This document shows positions 1 through 8,540 of a stretch of 64,000 nt of DNA, one piece after another. A program made the position numbers and the translations under genes. The notes under the pieces are model-generated. The model ran no database searches. It was not told the DNA's origin and saw only the letters and a list, made by a program, of their open reading frames with translations. Source of the DNA: Candidatus Omnitrophota bacterium (GTDB lineage Bacteria > Omnitrophota > Gorgyraeia > Zapsychrales > JAHFFX01). The DNA is taken from the NCBI GenBank assembly GCA_023247725.1, contig JAHFFW010000006.1, forward strand, positions 11,210 through 75,209. The letters run 5' to 3'. Every line of letters begins with the position of its first letter. Positions within the stretch are counted from its first letter, which is position 1.

Positions 1-1993
1 CATGCAATCGCCGGGCAAGATTGAGCGGGGTCTGTCCCCCAAACTGGACGATGAGTCCTTGCGGTCTTTCGACCTCGACGATGTTCATGACATCTTCGAA
101 CGTCAAGGGTTCGAAATACAGGCGATCGGAGGTATCATAATCCGTCGAGACAGTTTCCGGGTTGGAATTGACCATAATCGTTTCATATCCAAGCTCACGC
201 AAGGCAAACGCGGCGTGGCAGCAACAATAATCGAATTCAATTCCCTGACCGATACGGTTCGGGCCTCCGCCCAAGATCATAATTTTCTTACGCGGAGTCG
301 GGCTCTGACGATCCAGCCGTTCGTTGGTGATGAGGGCCTCATCCTCTGTTTCATACGTCGAATAATAATACGGCGTGTAAGCTTCAAATTCCGCCGCGCA
401 GGTATCGACGACTTTAAAAGTCGCATCAATCCCCAGTTCTTTGCGCAGCGCGGCCACGGTATCTTCTTTGGTCTTCATGATGACCGCCAGCTGAGCGTCG
501 CTAAATCCATACTCCTTTGCTTGCTGCAATAAATCCGGCGGAATATTTTTTTCATTCCGATACGCCTTCACCAATTCTTGTTCCAAATCAATGATCTGGG
601 CGATGTGACCGATGAACCAGGGATCAATGCGGCTCAACTGACAAATTTTTTCAATCGACCAACCCTTTTGCAGGGCATATTTGATATAAAAAATTCGCGA
701 GGCGTTGGGTTCTTTGAGCCGAAGCTCGATTTTTTCTTCGGGAATGGAATGAAAATCCTGTTTATTATCAAGACCCGTATGACCGATTTCCAAACCGCGC
801 AAGGCTTTTTGCAACGCCTCTTTGAATGTGCGGCCAATCGCCATAGTTTCTCCGACGGACTTCATCGATACGCCCAAAATATCTTTGGCCTCAGGGAATT
901 TTTCAAAGGTGAAGCGCGGGGCCTTCACCACACAGTAATCAATGGTCGGTTCAAAGGACGCCGGGGTTTCTTTGGTGATATCATTCTGAATTTCGTCGAG
1001 CGAATAACCCACCGCCAGTTTGGCAGCGAATTTGGCGATGGGAAAACCCGTGGCCTTGGAGGCCAGCGCCGAGGAGCGCGACACGCGCGGATTCATTTCA
1101 ATCACAACCATTCGTCCATTGGCGGGATTAACGGCAAACTGAATATTGCTTCCGCCGGTTTCGACGCCAATTTCACGGATGAGCGCGAGCGCTGCATTGC
1201 GCATGGCCTGATATTCTTTATCCGACAAGGTTTGAGCCGGAGCCACCGTGATGCTGTCCCCGGTATGCACGCCCATCGGATCAAGATTTTCAATCGAACA
1301 GACGATGACCACATTGTCCTTGTTGTCGCGCATGACCTCCAATTCGAATTCTTTCCAGCCTTCGATCGATTCCTCGACGAGGACTTCATGGATCAGGCTG
1401 CTTTCAATGCCTAGCGAGGAAATGCGTTCCAGATCTTCAACATTAGTGGCAATGCCGCCGCCGGTTCCGCCCAGAGTGTAACTGGGTCGGATGATGACCG
1501 GAAATCCAATTTTCTTCGCTTCTTGTCGCGCCTCTTCCACGCTATGGGCAAAGGAGCTGCGCGGGACATCGAGCCCGATCTTAAGAACGACGTTTTTAAA
1601 ACATTCCCGATCTTCCGCCTTCTTGATGACGTCATAGGTCGCGCCGATCATCTTGACATGATATTTTTCCAGAACCCCTCGCTCACAGAGCTGCATGGCG
1701 ATATTGAGCGCGGTCTGGCCGCCGAGCGTGGGTAAAATGGCGTCGGGCTGTTCTTTCTTGATAATCTGCTCGACAAATTCCGGCGTCAATGGCTCGATGT
1801 AGGTGTGGTCGGCGATTTCCGGATCGGTCATGATCGTCGCCGGATTGGAATTGACCAACACAATTTCAAAGCCTTCCTCCTTAAGCGCCTTGCAGGCCTG
1901 GGTCCCGGAATAATCGAATTCACAGGCCTGACCGATGACAATCGGCCCGCTTCCGATGAGGAGGATTTTTTTGATGTCGGTTCGTTTAGGCAT
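1..1993 (-). CDS. carB: Carbamoyl-phosphate synthase large subunit, N-terminal ~664 aa. The 3' end of the gene lies beyond the window start
   Basis: Reverse-complement translation from the ATG at 1991-1993 gives [33 protein letters not shown]..., the canonical CarB N-terminus with ATP-grasp motifs. It lies downstream of carA on the same strand. It is absent from the ORF track only because it is truncated by the window edge. Confidence 0.9.
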   Translation of the reverse strand, partial: MPKRTDIKKILLIGSGPIVIGQACEFDYSGTQACKALKEEGFEIVLVNSNPATIMTDPEIADHTYIEPLTPEFVEQIIKKEQPDAILPTLGGQTALNIAMQLCERGVLEKYHVKMIGATYDVIKKAEDRECFKNVVLKIGLDVPRSSFAHSVEEARQEAKKIGFPVIIRPSYTLGGTGGGIATNVEDLERISSLGIESSLIHEVLVEESIEGWKEFELEVMRDNKDNVVIVCSIENLDPMGVHTGDSITVAPAQTLSDKEYQAMRNAALALIREIGVETGGSNIQFAVNPANGRMVVIEMNPRVSRSSALASKATGFPIAKFAAKLAVGYSLDEIQNDITKETPASFEPTIDYCVVKAPRFTFEKFPEAKDILGVSMKSVGETMAIGRTFKEALQKALRGLEIGHTGLDNKQDFHSIPEEKIELRLKEPNASRIFYIKYALQKGWSIEKICQLSRIDPWFIGHIAQIIDLEQELVKAYRNEKNIPPDLLQQAKEYGFSDAQLAVIMKTKEDTVAALRKELGIDATFKVVDTCAAEFEAYTPYYYSTYETEDEALITNERLDRQSPTPRKKIMILGGGPNRIGQGIEFDYCCCHAAFALRELGYETIMVNSNPETVSTDYDTSDRLYFEPLTFEDVMNIVEVERPQGLIVQFGGQTPLNLARRLH

Positions 1994-2133
1994 CGCTTAA
2001 CGTGGGACGTTGGACGTTCGCTCGCTAGGGCGAAAGACGCGGTTGATGTAATTCACAAAAAGATTCCACCTTTTTTTCCATCGTGGAAAGCATGGCAAAA
2101 ATATGCTCGTATTTTTCATCTAAATTGACTTCA

Positions 2134-2168
2134 CGGGGAATTTTCATCGTCGGGGGTTACAAATTACC
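2134..2168. repeat. Family-C 38-nt motif CGGGGAATTTTCATCGTCGGGGGTTACAAATTACC
   Basis: Near-identical copies at 5407-5445 and 14728-14766. Confidence 0.55.
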
Positions 2169-2238
2169 GCGACGATTCACGCTTCACGAAGGACGCCACG
2201 TCTTAGCACCTCGTATCTCGCGAAGCGTATCTCATCTT

Positions 2239-2304
2239 ACCGGTTATCCGGCAATCTGGTAATTCGGAAATGATGACCCGGGTATCCGGATTCCCATTTC
2301 CGAC
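2239..2304. repeat. Family-B ~65-nt repeat ACCGGTTATCCGGCAATCTGGTAAT...CCGGGTATCCGGATTCCCATTTCCGAC
   Basis: Copy at 14622-14718 shares GGTTATCCGGCAATCTGGT and CCGGRTATCMGGATTYCCMTTTCCG. Confidence 0.55.
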
Positions 2305-2349
2305 GTCCCACGTCCAAACGACCTTGCGCTCTAGCGAGGAGTGAACGTC

Positions 2350-3447
2350 CTACGTCCCACGTTTATGAAGCTCCATCATCTCAATAAACTGCCTAAACAA
2401 ATACTGCGCATCCTCAGGACCCGGCGCGCTTTCCGGATGGTATTGAATGGAGAACATCGGGAATTTCTTGTGCCGCAGGCCCTCGACGGTATGGTCATTG
2501 AGATTAACATGCGTAATTTCCACATCAGCCGAATTAAGGCTTTTGAGGTCCACACAAAATCCGTGATTCTGAGAAGTGATGCCGATGCGGTTGGCCGGCA
2601 TGTCGAGAACGGGATGGTTAGCCCCATGATGACCAAATTTCAATTTATAGGTCGAGCCGCCCAACGCCAATCCCAAAATCTGATGCCCTAGGCAAATGCC
2701 AAAGACCGGAACTTTGCCCAAGGCCTGCTGCACCGTCTCGATGACATACGTCACGACCGCGGGATCGCCTGGACCATTGGACAAAAATAATCCGTCGGGA
2801 TTAATGCTAAGAATTTCTTTTAAACTGGCCGTGGCCGGAAAGACATGAATTTCACAGCCTAGACTCGCGAGGATTCGGAGAATATTGAATTTAATACCGC
2901 AATCGATCGCAGCCACCCGAAAATGCATCGTTCCCTGCGCCGGCCAGACGTATTTCTCTTGGGTCGTGACGCTTTTGACCCAGTCATAACCGACCATATC
3001 CGGGACCGCCTTCATTTTTTCCGCCAGTGATTGCGGATCAAAATCTTCCGTCGAAATAAGACCCTTCATCGCGCCAAACAAACGCAAATGCCGGGTGAGG
3101 GCGCGGGTATCGACTCCCTCGACGGCCATAATCTTATTTTCGTTCAAATAGTCGATGAGGCTTTTGGTGGCGCGGAAATTAGAATGGTGACGACAAAATT
3201 CCTTGACGACAAAGGCCTTAACATGGATCTTTTTAGATTCGATATCTTCGGAATTGATGCCGTAATTCCCAATCAAGGGATAGGTCATGACCACGATTTG
3301 CCCGGCATAGGAAGGATCGGTGAGAACTTCTTGATAGCCGGACATGGAGGTATTAAAGACAACTTCTCCGGCGGTCTCACTGGTTGTCGCTAATGACTTT
3401 CCGATGAAGGATTTGCCATCTTGCAGATACAGAATCGCTTTTTTCAT
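2350..3447 (-). CDS. carA: Carbamoyl-phosphate synthase small subunit (glutamine amidotransferase)
   Basis: Full-length similarity to CarA: GICLGHQ GATase catalytic Cys, HPE motif near the C-terminus. The ORF track starts at a GTG (3456). ATG at 3447 gives the typical MKKAILYLQDG N-terminus. Confidence 0.9.
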   Translation of the reverse strand: MKKAILYLQDGKSFIGKSLATTSETAGEVVFNTSMSGYQEVLTDPSYAGQIVVMTYPLIGNYGINSEDIESKKIHVKAFVVKEFCRHHSNFRATKSLIDYLNENKIMAVEGVDTRALTRHLRLFGAMKGLISTEDFDPQSLAEKMKAVPDMVGYDWVKSVTTQEKYVWPAQGTMHFRVAAIDCGIKFNILRILASLGCEIHVFPATASLKEILSINPDGLFLSNGPGDPAVVTYVIETVQQALGKVPVFGICLGHQILGLALGGSTYKLKFGHHGANHPVLDMPANRIGITSQNHGFCVDLKSLNSADVEITHVNLNDHTVEGLRHKKFPMFSIQYHPESAPGPEDAQYLFRQFIEMMELHKRGT

Positions 3448-3543
3448 GTGAAGCACCTACGGAGGGCGTTAACCGTCAGGCAAAAAGAAGGGGATTTTAT
3501 AAAACCCAGGCGGTTAGGGAAGAAAAACTTCCAGGCCCCCAGC

Positions 3544-3571
3544 ACTATAACATTGGGCAATCTTTTGTCAA
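3544..3571 (-). promoter_or_regulatory. Sigma70-type promoter upstream of carA (-35 TTGACA, 16-nt spacer, -10 TATAGT on minus strand)
   Basis: Plus-strand TGTCAA at 3566-3571 and ACTATA at 3544-3549, about 90 nt upstream of the carA ATG. Confidence 0.4.
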
Positions 3572-3615
3572 GCCTTATCAAAGTGAAAATCTTCCCAATA
3601 TTCTATTTTTCAAAA

Positions 3616-3882
3616 CTAAATCCCTTTTTCAGCCACTGGTTTACCCTGGCCTGAGCGAATTCTTTCTTTTTCGGTTTTTCGGTCGGCGATTGTCAGCATG
3701 ATGATCATGGCGATAATCCAAATAAACATGAGGATCGTTGGAACAGCAAAAAAAACCGCCAGCGCCAGCATTTTGTCTTTTTTCAAGGCAAACAGTGTGC
3801 CCGCGATCCAACCCACGACCCCGACAATGATCAAACCTAGCATAATCTGATTGCTCATAGATTTTCTTTTAGGCAAACTCAA
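3616..3882 (-). CDS. Small hydrophobic membrane protein (88 aa), function unknown
   Basis: Two predicted TM helices. 4-nt overlap with the glpD stop suggests translational coupling. Confidence 0.4.
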   Translation of the reverse strand: MSLPKRKSMSNQIMLGLIIVGVVGWIAGTLFALKKDKMLALAVFFAVPTILMFIWIIAMIIMLTIADRKTEKERIRSGQGKPVAEKGI

Positions 3883-5393
3883 ACCACGCCTGTCTCATTT
3901 CTATTTTTTACGAATTCTTCTATGACCCGGCGACATTGGCCCGTCGGGCATTTTCGATATCCGAGTGAAAGTCGCCGCCAGATGATATCCTCGGCCTTTT
4001 GAGCCATTTCCACGTTCAAGGCATATACAATCTGCGCCTTAATTTCCATCCCACAGTCGCAAATCGATTCTTTGAGGTGGGAATCTTTTTGAATAAAGTC
4101 CAGAACGTTTCGATACCGGATCCCGTATCGATCCATTAAGGATTGAACCACGGCCGGGGAAAGACCGTAAGAATGAGCGACTTCGGCCGCTTGTTCCTTG
4201 ATGGGACCGCTCCCATACAAAGGGTAATCCATTTTTCTGGATAAAGGCTGTTTGAATATCTTCTCCAATGTCTCCAGCGCCATAACCCGATAGGTGGTGT
4301 ATTTCCCTCCGGCCAGGTAAACGATCCCGCCAAAACTTTCAAAGATGAGATGCTTCCGAGAAATCGCGGAAGGGTGCCCTTCTTCCCACACGAGGGGCCT
4401 TAACCCGGCAAAGGTGGTGATGATCTTGGCGCGCTCAAAATTGACATCCGGAAAAACCCGGGAGGATTCGCCAAGCAAGTATTCGATATCTTCCGACGAG
4501 GGCTTTACACTGTCCGGACTGGCGGAAAAATCAGTGTCGGTCGTTCCGATGAGGGAATGACCCATCCAAGGAATGATAAAAAAAACGCGGTTGTCCTGCC
4601 GGGATGGAATGAGTAATGCCCGTCGGGAAATCTGGCCTTCATAAACAATATGAACCCCTTTGGTCGTACGCACGCGCGGCCTGGCCTGAGGGTGTTCCAA
4701 AGTCAATAATTCATTGGTCCAGGGGCCAACCGCGCACACGATCTTCTTTGCCTTGATGAAAAATGTTTGGCCGCTCAGGGTATCCCGCGCCTTGACGCCC
4801 GTGGCCTTGCCATTCTCCTTGACAAAGCCGGTTGATTCGACATAGTTCGCGACGATAGCGCCTTGGGTCCGGGCACAAAGAATGTTTTCCAAAACCAACC
4901 GCGCATCATCCATCTGCGCGTCATAATAAATGACGCCGCCTTTTAATCCGGCCTTTTTTAATCCGGGTTCCAGCTGCAAGACCTCGTCGATCTTAAGGCT
5001 GCGATGCGGTCGAATCTTGTGGTTAAAACTCAAAAAGTCATATAAAAAAACGCCCAGCTTTAGCATCCATCCTGGACGGGCATCGTCTTCATAAATGGGA
5101 ATCAAAAATTCGAGAGGTTTAACCAAGTGCGGCGCACTTTTCAATTGGATGGAACGTTCACGCAGGGACTCGAAGACCAAATCGAATTCGCCGTGTTCCA
5201 GATAACGAATGCCGCCGTGGATGAGTTTGGTGGATTTGCTCGAGGTGCCGCTGCCAAAGTCATTTTTTTCAATAAGCGCAATCCTTTTGCCCATGCCCGC
5301 GGCCAAGTTCGCGATCGCGGCCCCATTGATCCCGCCGCCGATGATCAGAAGATCGAATGCGCCATTGTATAACGACGATATATCTCTTGGCAT
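3879..5393 (-). CDS. glpD: FAD-dependent glycerol-3-phosphate dehydrogenase
   Basis: N-terminal FAD fold DLLIIGGGINGAAIA. Length and overall similarity to GlpD/GlpA family. Adjacent to glpK. Confidence 0.85.
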   Translation of the reverse strand: MPRDISSLYNGAFDLLIIGGGINGAAIANLAAGMGKRIALIEKNDFGSGTSSKSTKLIHGGIRYLEHGEFDLVFESLRERSIQLKSAPHLVKPLEFLIPIYEDDARPGWMLKLGVFLYDFLSFNHKIRPHRSLKIDEVLQLEPGLKKAGLKGGVIYYDAQMDDARLVLENILCARTQGAIVANYVESTGFVKENGKATGVKARDTLSGQTFFIKAKKIVCAVGPWTNELLTLEHPQARPRVRTTKGVHIVYEGQISRRALLIPSRQDNRVFFIIPWMGHSLIGTTDTDFSASPDSVKPSSEDIEYLLGESSRVFPDVNFERAKIITTFAGLRPLVWEEGHPSAISRKHLIFESFGGIVYLAGGKYTTYRVMALETLEKIFKQPLSRKMDYPLYGSGPIKEQAAEVAHSYGLSPAVVQSLMDRYGIRYRNVLDFIQKDSHLKESICDCGMEIKAQIVYALNVEMAQKAEDIIWRRLSLGYRKCPTGQCRRVIEEFVKNRNETGVV

Positions 5394-5406
5394 AACAATC
5401 TGACTC

Positions 5407-5445
5407 CCCGGGGAGTTTTCATCGTCGGGGGCGACAAAACTTCCT
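5407..5445. repeat. Family-C motif CCCCGGGGAGTTTTCATCGTCGGGGGCGACAAAACTTCC in the glpK-glpD intercistronic gap
   Basis: Read directly. Ends 14 nt upstream of the glpD start. Confidence 0.55.
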
Positions 5446-5455
5446 CCTCAACAAT

Positions 5456-6949
5456 CTACGGGAGTAAGGACTTCTTCACGGCTCTCTGCCAGCCTGCGTA
5501 CAAGGCGTTCTTTTTTGCCGCCGGCATGGACGGATGAAAAACGCGTTCGGTTTCAAAAAGTTTTTGCAAATCGCTTTTGCCCTGCCAAAGGCCAGCGGTG
5601 ACCCCGGCCAAAAAGGCCGCGCCCTGCGCGGTTGATTCCACGGTCTTGGGCCGGCGGATCCGGCAGTCCAAGATATCGGCCTGAAACTGCATGAGGAAAT
5701 TGTTTTTGCAGGCGCCGCCGTCGACATTGAGCTGCCGCAAATTTTTCCCGGATTCTTTTTGCAGGAGAGAAAAAACATCCTTTGTTTGGTAAGCGATGGA
5801 TTCCAGGGCCGCGCGGATGATGTGACGGACATTTGCTCCCCGAGTCAAGCCGCAGATCAGGCCGCGGGCTTGCGAATTCCAATAAGGCGCACCCAAACCA
5901 GTAAAAGCTGGAACAAAATAAACGCCTTGGGTATCGGACAATCCCTTGATCGCGGATTCACTATCGGCCGATTTTTGAATGACCTTGAGTTCATCGCGCA
6001 GCCATTGGATGACTGCCCCGGCGATGAAGACCGCACCTTCCAGGGCATAAACCGGTTGGCCGCGATCATCGCAGGCCAAGGTTGATAACAAACCATTTTG
6101 GGAGTAGATGAGTTTCTGGCCTGTATTCAAAACTAAAAAGCATCCGGTACCATAAGTATTTTTAACGCTGCCGGCTTCAAAGCAGCCCTGTCCGTAAAGC
6201 GCCGCCTGCTGGTCGCCCATCACCGCGGCAATGGGAATTCCCGACGGCAAACCCGCGACGCCGGCGGCGGTCTTGCCGAAGACGCTGCCGGAATGGCGTA
6301 CCTGCGGCAAGACCGCCGCCGGCACCTTCAATAATTTCAAGATCTCCTCGTCCCATTGGAACTTGCGGATATCAAAAAGCATGGTCCGCGAGGCATTGGT
6401 CATATCGGTCGCGTGGGACTGACCCCCGGTCAATTTCCAAATGAGCCAGCTGTCGATTGTCCCAAAACACAATTCGCCTTTTTGGGCCCGCACCCGCGCT
6501 CCTCTAACATGATCCAAAATCCATTGGATCTTTGTTCCGGAAAAATACGGATCGAGGACCAATCCCGTTTTTTTTCGAATCAGCCCGGCGTACGGTTTTA
6601 ATCCGGGGCTCTGACACATCGAAGCGGTCCGTCGGCATTGCCAGACAATGGCTCGATGAATGGGACGAGAAGTCCTTCGATCCCACACGACAGTCGTCTC
6701 GCGTTGATTGGTGATGCCGATAGCCACAATCATTTGGGGGGAAATTTTTGCGGCGCGGATGGCGTTCTTAACGACATTCTCACATGAGCGCCAAATTTCT
6801 TCGGCATCATGTTCCACCCATCCGGGCTGTGGATAATATTGGGGGAATTCCTGATAACTGCTGGAAATGATTTGTCCGCGGCGGTCAAAAATAAAGGCCC
6901 GCGAGCCGGTCGTTCCCTGGTCAAGGGCTAGAATATATTGATTTTTCAT
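5456..6949 (-). CDS. glpK: Glycerol kinase
   Basis: ILALDQGTTGSRAFIFD N-terminus, FGGY sugar-kinase signatures, 497 aa. Confidence 0.9.
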   Translation of the reverse strand: MKNQYILALDQGTTGSRAFIFDRRGQIISSSYQEFPQYYPQPGWVEHDAEEIWRSCENVVKNAIRAAKISPQMIVAIGITNQRETTVVWDRRTSRPIHRAIVWQCRRTASMCQSPGLKPYAGLIRKKTGLVLDPYFSGTKIQWILDHVRGARVRAQKGELCFGTIDSWLIWKLTGGQSHATDMTNASRTMLFDIRKFQWDEEILKLLKVPAAVLPQVRHSGSVFGKTAAGVAGLPSGIPIAAVMGDQQAALYGQGCFEAGSVKNTYGTGCFLVLNTGQKLIYSQNGLLSTLACDDRGQPVYALEGAVFIAGAVIQWLRDELKVIQKSADSESAIKGLSDTQGVYFVPAFTGLGAPYWNSQARGLICGLTRGANVRHIIRAALESIAYQTKDVFSLLQKESGKNLRQLNVDGGACKNNFLMQFQADILDCRIRRPKTVESTAQGAAFLAGVTAGLWQGKSDLQKLFETERVFHPSMPAAKKNALYAGWQRAVKKSLLP

Positions 6950-6996
6950 AGAACGAGCCCAGAATCAATGATGAAATTATTGAATTGTCCTCGTCT

Positions 6997-7338
6997 TTAT
7001 TTTTCTTTATAACCGATTCTTTTCAACTGGTATTGATCTCCGGAAAAATAACGATTCAAACTCTCCAGATTAGACATGGCTTCCTTTATAAAATTTTGCA
7101 ATTCCTGGGTCGAGGCCGTCAAAACCATTTGCGGTGCATAGTCTCCCTCGGACACACGGTCATTGTTAATAATTTTAAAAGCGAGGTCGATTTTTCCAGA
7201 ATTCAATTCGTCTTGCAGAAGGGTATCACTCAATAAATTTAAGGTCAACCGAAAGGCCTGGACGAGGAAATGGATCTCGACTGGCTTAGACGGTTGCTGT
7301 TTCGAATTCCTTGTATCGCCCTTTAAAATGAGTTCCAT
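6997..7338 (-). CDS. Hypothetical protein. The start is uncertain: the ORF track begins at TTG 7422, and the first ATG is at ~7338
   Basis: ORF with no recognisable domain. Overlaps the stop of the upstream secreted-protein gene. Confidence 0.3.
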   Translation of the reverse strand: MELILKGDTRNSKQQPSKPVEIHFLVQAFRLTLNLLSDTLLQDELNSGKIDLAFKIINNDRVSEGDYAPQMVLTASTQELQNFIKEAMSNLESLNRYFSGDQYQLKRIGYKEK

Positions 7339-7418
7339 GCTATGTCCGTCTAATTCTTTAAAAATGAACGTCGGAGGATTTTGGGTTCGATCAGGATCTG
7401 GCAAAAGCGAAACTTTCC

Positions 7419-7916
7419 TCAACCCTTTGAATAGGAAATCTCTTCATAAATGCCCCAGCCGCCCCGCGGCCTGGGTCCCACCAAAAGCTCGAATGGGGCT
7501 GCATAATCCTTGTGCTGCCAGTGACGGGTGGCGTTGATGCGCACCTTGTCGCCTTCCATCCCATACGTCACATCCGAATAGTTGACATCTTCCATATTCG
7601 CTGCCGCCGCTGGCATGGTCACCGCCAACCGATCCGTATATTCATCCTTCGTTAGGAGAAATGCTCCTTTTTTTCCGTCAGGGTAAATGCGGATATTTTT
7701 GATGACTGCCTCGTCGGCATAAAGGTCGACGATGTCCGGTTCGAAGACGGCTTCCAATTGGATGTAGCGATGGAACAGGCGTTTTGCTTCTTCAATAGGG
7801 GTTTGCGGCGCATTTTCCGCAATCGCAGGAAGGGCCCAAAAAATGAATAGGAATAAAAATGAAAGAAGAAAATTTTCCCAGACACGAAACCGGATCCCAT
7901 CGCGCATCGCGATCAT
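7419..7916 (-). CDS. Secreted hypothetical protein (N-terminal signal peptide)
   Basis: Hydrophobic N-terminus ending in an AIA-E cleavage-like site. No recognised domain. Confidence 0.45.
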   Translation of the reverse strand: MIAMRDGIRFRVWENFLLSFLFLFIFWALPAIAENAPQTPIEEAKRLFHRYIQLEAVFEPDIVDLYADEAVIKNIRIYPDGKKGAFLLTKDEYTDRLAVTMPAAAANMEDVNYSDVTYGMEGDKVRINATRHWQHKDYAAPFELLVGPRPRGGWGIYEEISYSKG

Positions 7917-7926
7917 TCCCTTTTTC

Positions 7927-8481
7927 CTATGGCAATCCTAGACGCTGGCGGTTTTGCCGGTATTGCTCCTGTCCCAAGAATCGGTGCGCGAGTTGATCGG
8001 GGTTCTCCCCATTGTCGAAATCATATTCCAAGATGGCGACCAGCGTCATAATTTTATCAAAGGGATTACTCAACAACGGCGGGCTTTCCGCGGCCATGGC
8101 GTCAATCATGCCCACATAAAAAGTCGGCGGCTTTCTTATTTTGGTCCCTTGCCGGGCAAAAAAATCCACATAATGCGCCACGGTCATGACCTTGGCCTCG
8201 GGATCGGCAATAAGCATCCAGGCCTCGCTGGTTGTCTCGAATTGTTTCCATAACTCATTGATATCGACGACGTCCTCTATTTCCGATTCATCGACCCGGG
8301 GGGCGGCCTGGGGAGGGGCCTGTTGCCATTGCCTTTGCTGCATCTGCTGCTGAAGAAGTTTTTGCTGTTGTCCGGCGACCGCCTGTTTCTGTTTGGTCGC
8401 GGCGACTGCTCCGCCGGCCAGGATTTCGCCAGCGTAACCTAACATAAAAAATAAAACCATAAAAAAATTTATTGGTTTCAT
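7927..8481 (-). CDS. Secreted hypothetical protein with a Q-rich low-complexity region
   Basis: Signal peptide MKPINFFMVLFFMLGYAGEILA, then a Gln-rich stretch. The ATG at 8481 is preferred over the TTG at 8484. Confidence 0.45.
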   Translation of the reverse strand: MKPINFFMVLFFMLGYAGEILAGGAVAATKQKQAVAGQQQKLLQQQMQQRQWQQAPPQAAPRVDESEIEDVVDINELWKQFETTSEAWMLIADPEAKVMTVAHYVDFFARQGTKIRKPPTFYVGMIDAMAAESPPLLSNPFDKIMTLVAILEYDFDNGENPDQLAHRFLGQEQYRQNRQRLGLP

Positions 8482-8497
8482 CAATGACCCACCGCCT

Positions 8498-8521
8498 GGG
8501 CATCCGGATAACCGGATGCCC
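8498..8521. repeat. Perfect 10-4-10 palindrome GGGCATCCGG-ATAA-CCGGATGCCC. It belongs to the GGTTATCCGG repeat family
   Basis: Read directly from the sequence. Lies between the lnt stop and the downstream gene start. Confidence 0.6.
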
Positions 8522-8540
8522 TATGAACTAGGGATAGATT

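Larger units (their letters stand above)
1997..2363. repeat. ~367-bp composite element between carB and carA. It is bounded by perfect 12-bp inverted repeats AACGTGGGACGT / ACGTCCCACGTT and carries internal copies of the family-B and family-C motifs
   Basis: Read directly. TTAA immediately outside the left inverted repeat. The right inverted repeat overlaps the last four codons and the stop of carA. Confidence 0.6.

Noticed and set aside
2-1414. Plus-strand ORFs 2..532 and 578..1414 (176 and 278 aa)
   Set aside because: They lie antisense to the strongly supported carB reading frame ([16 protein letters not shown]... on the minus strand). They have low-complexity Arg/Gly-rich translations with no domain signal.
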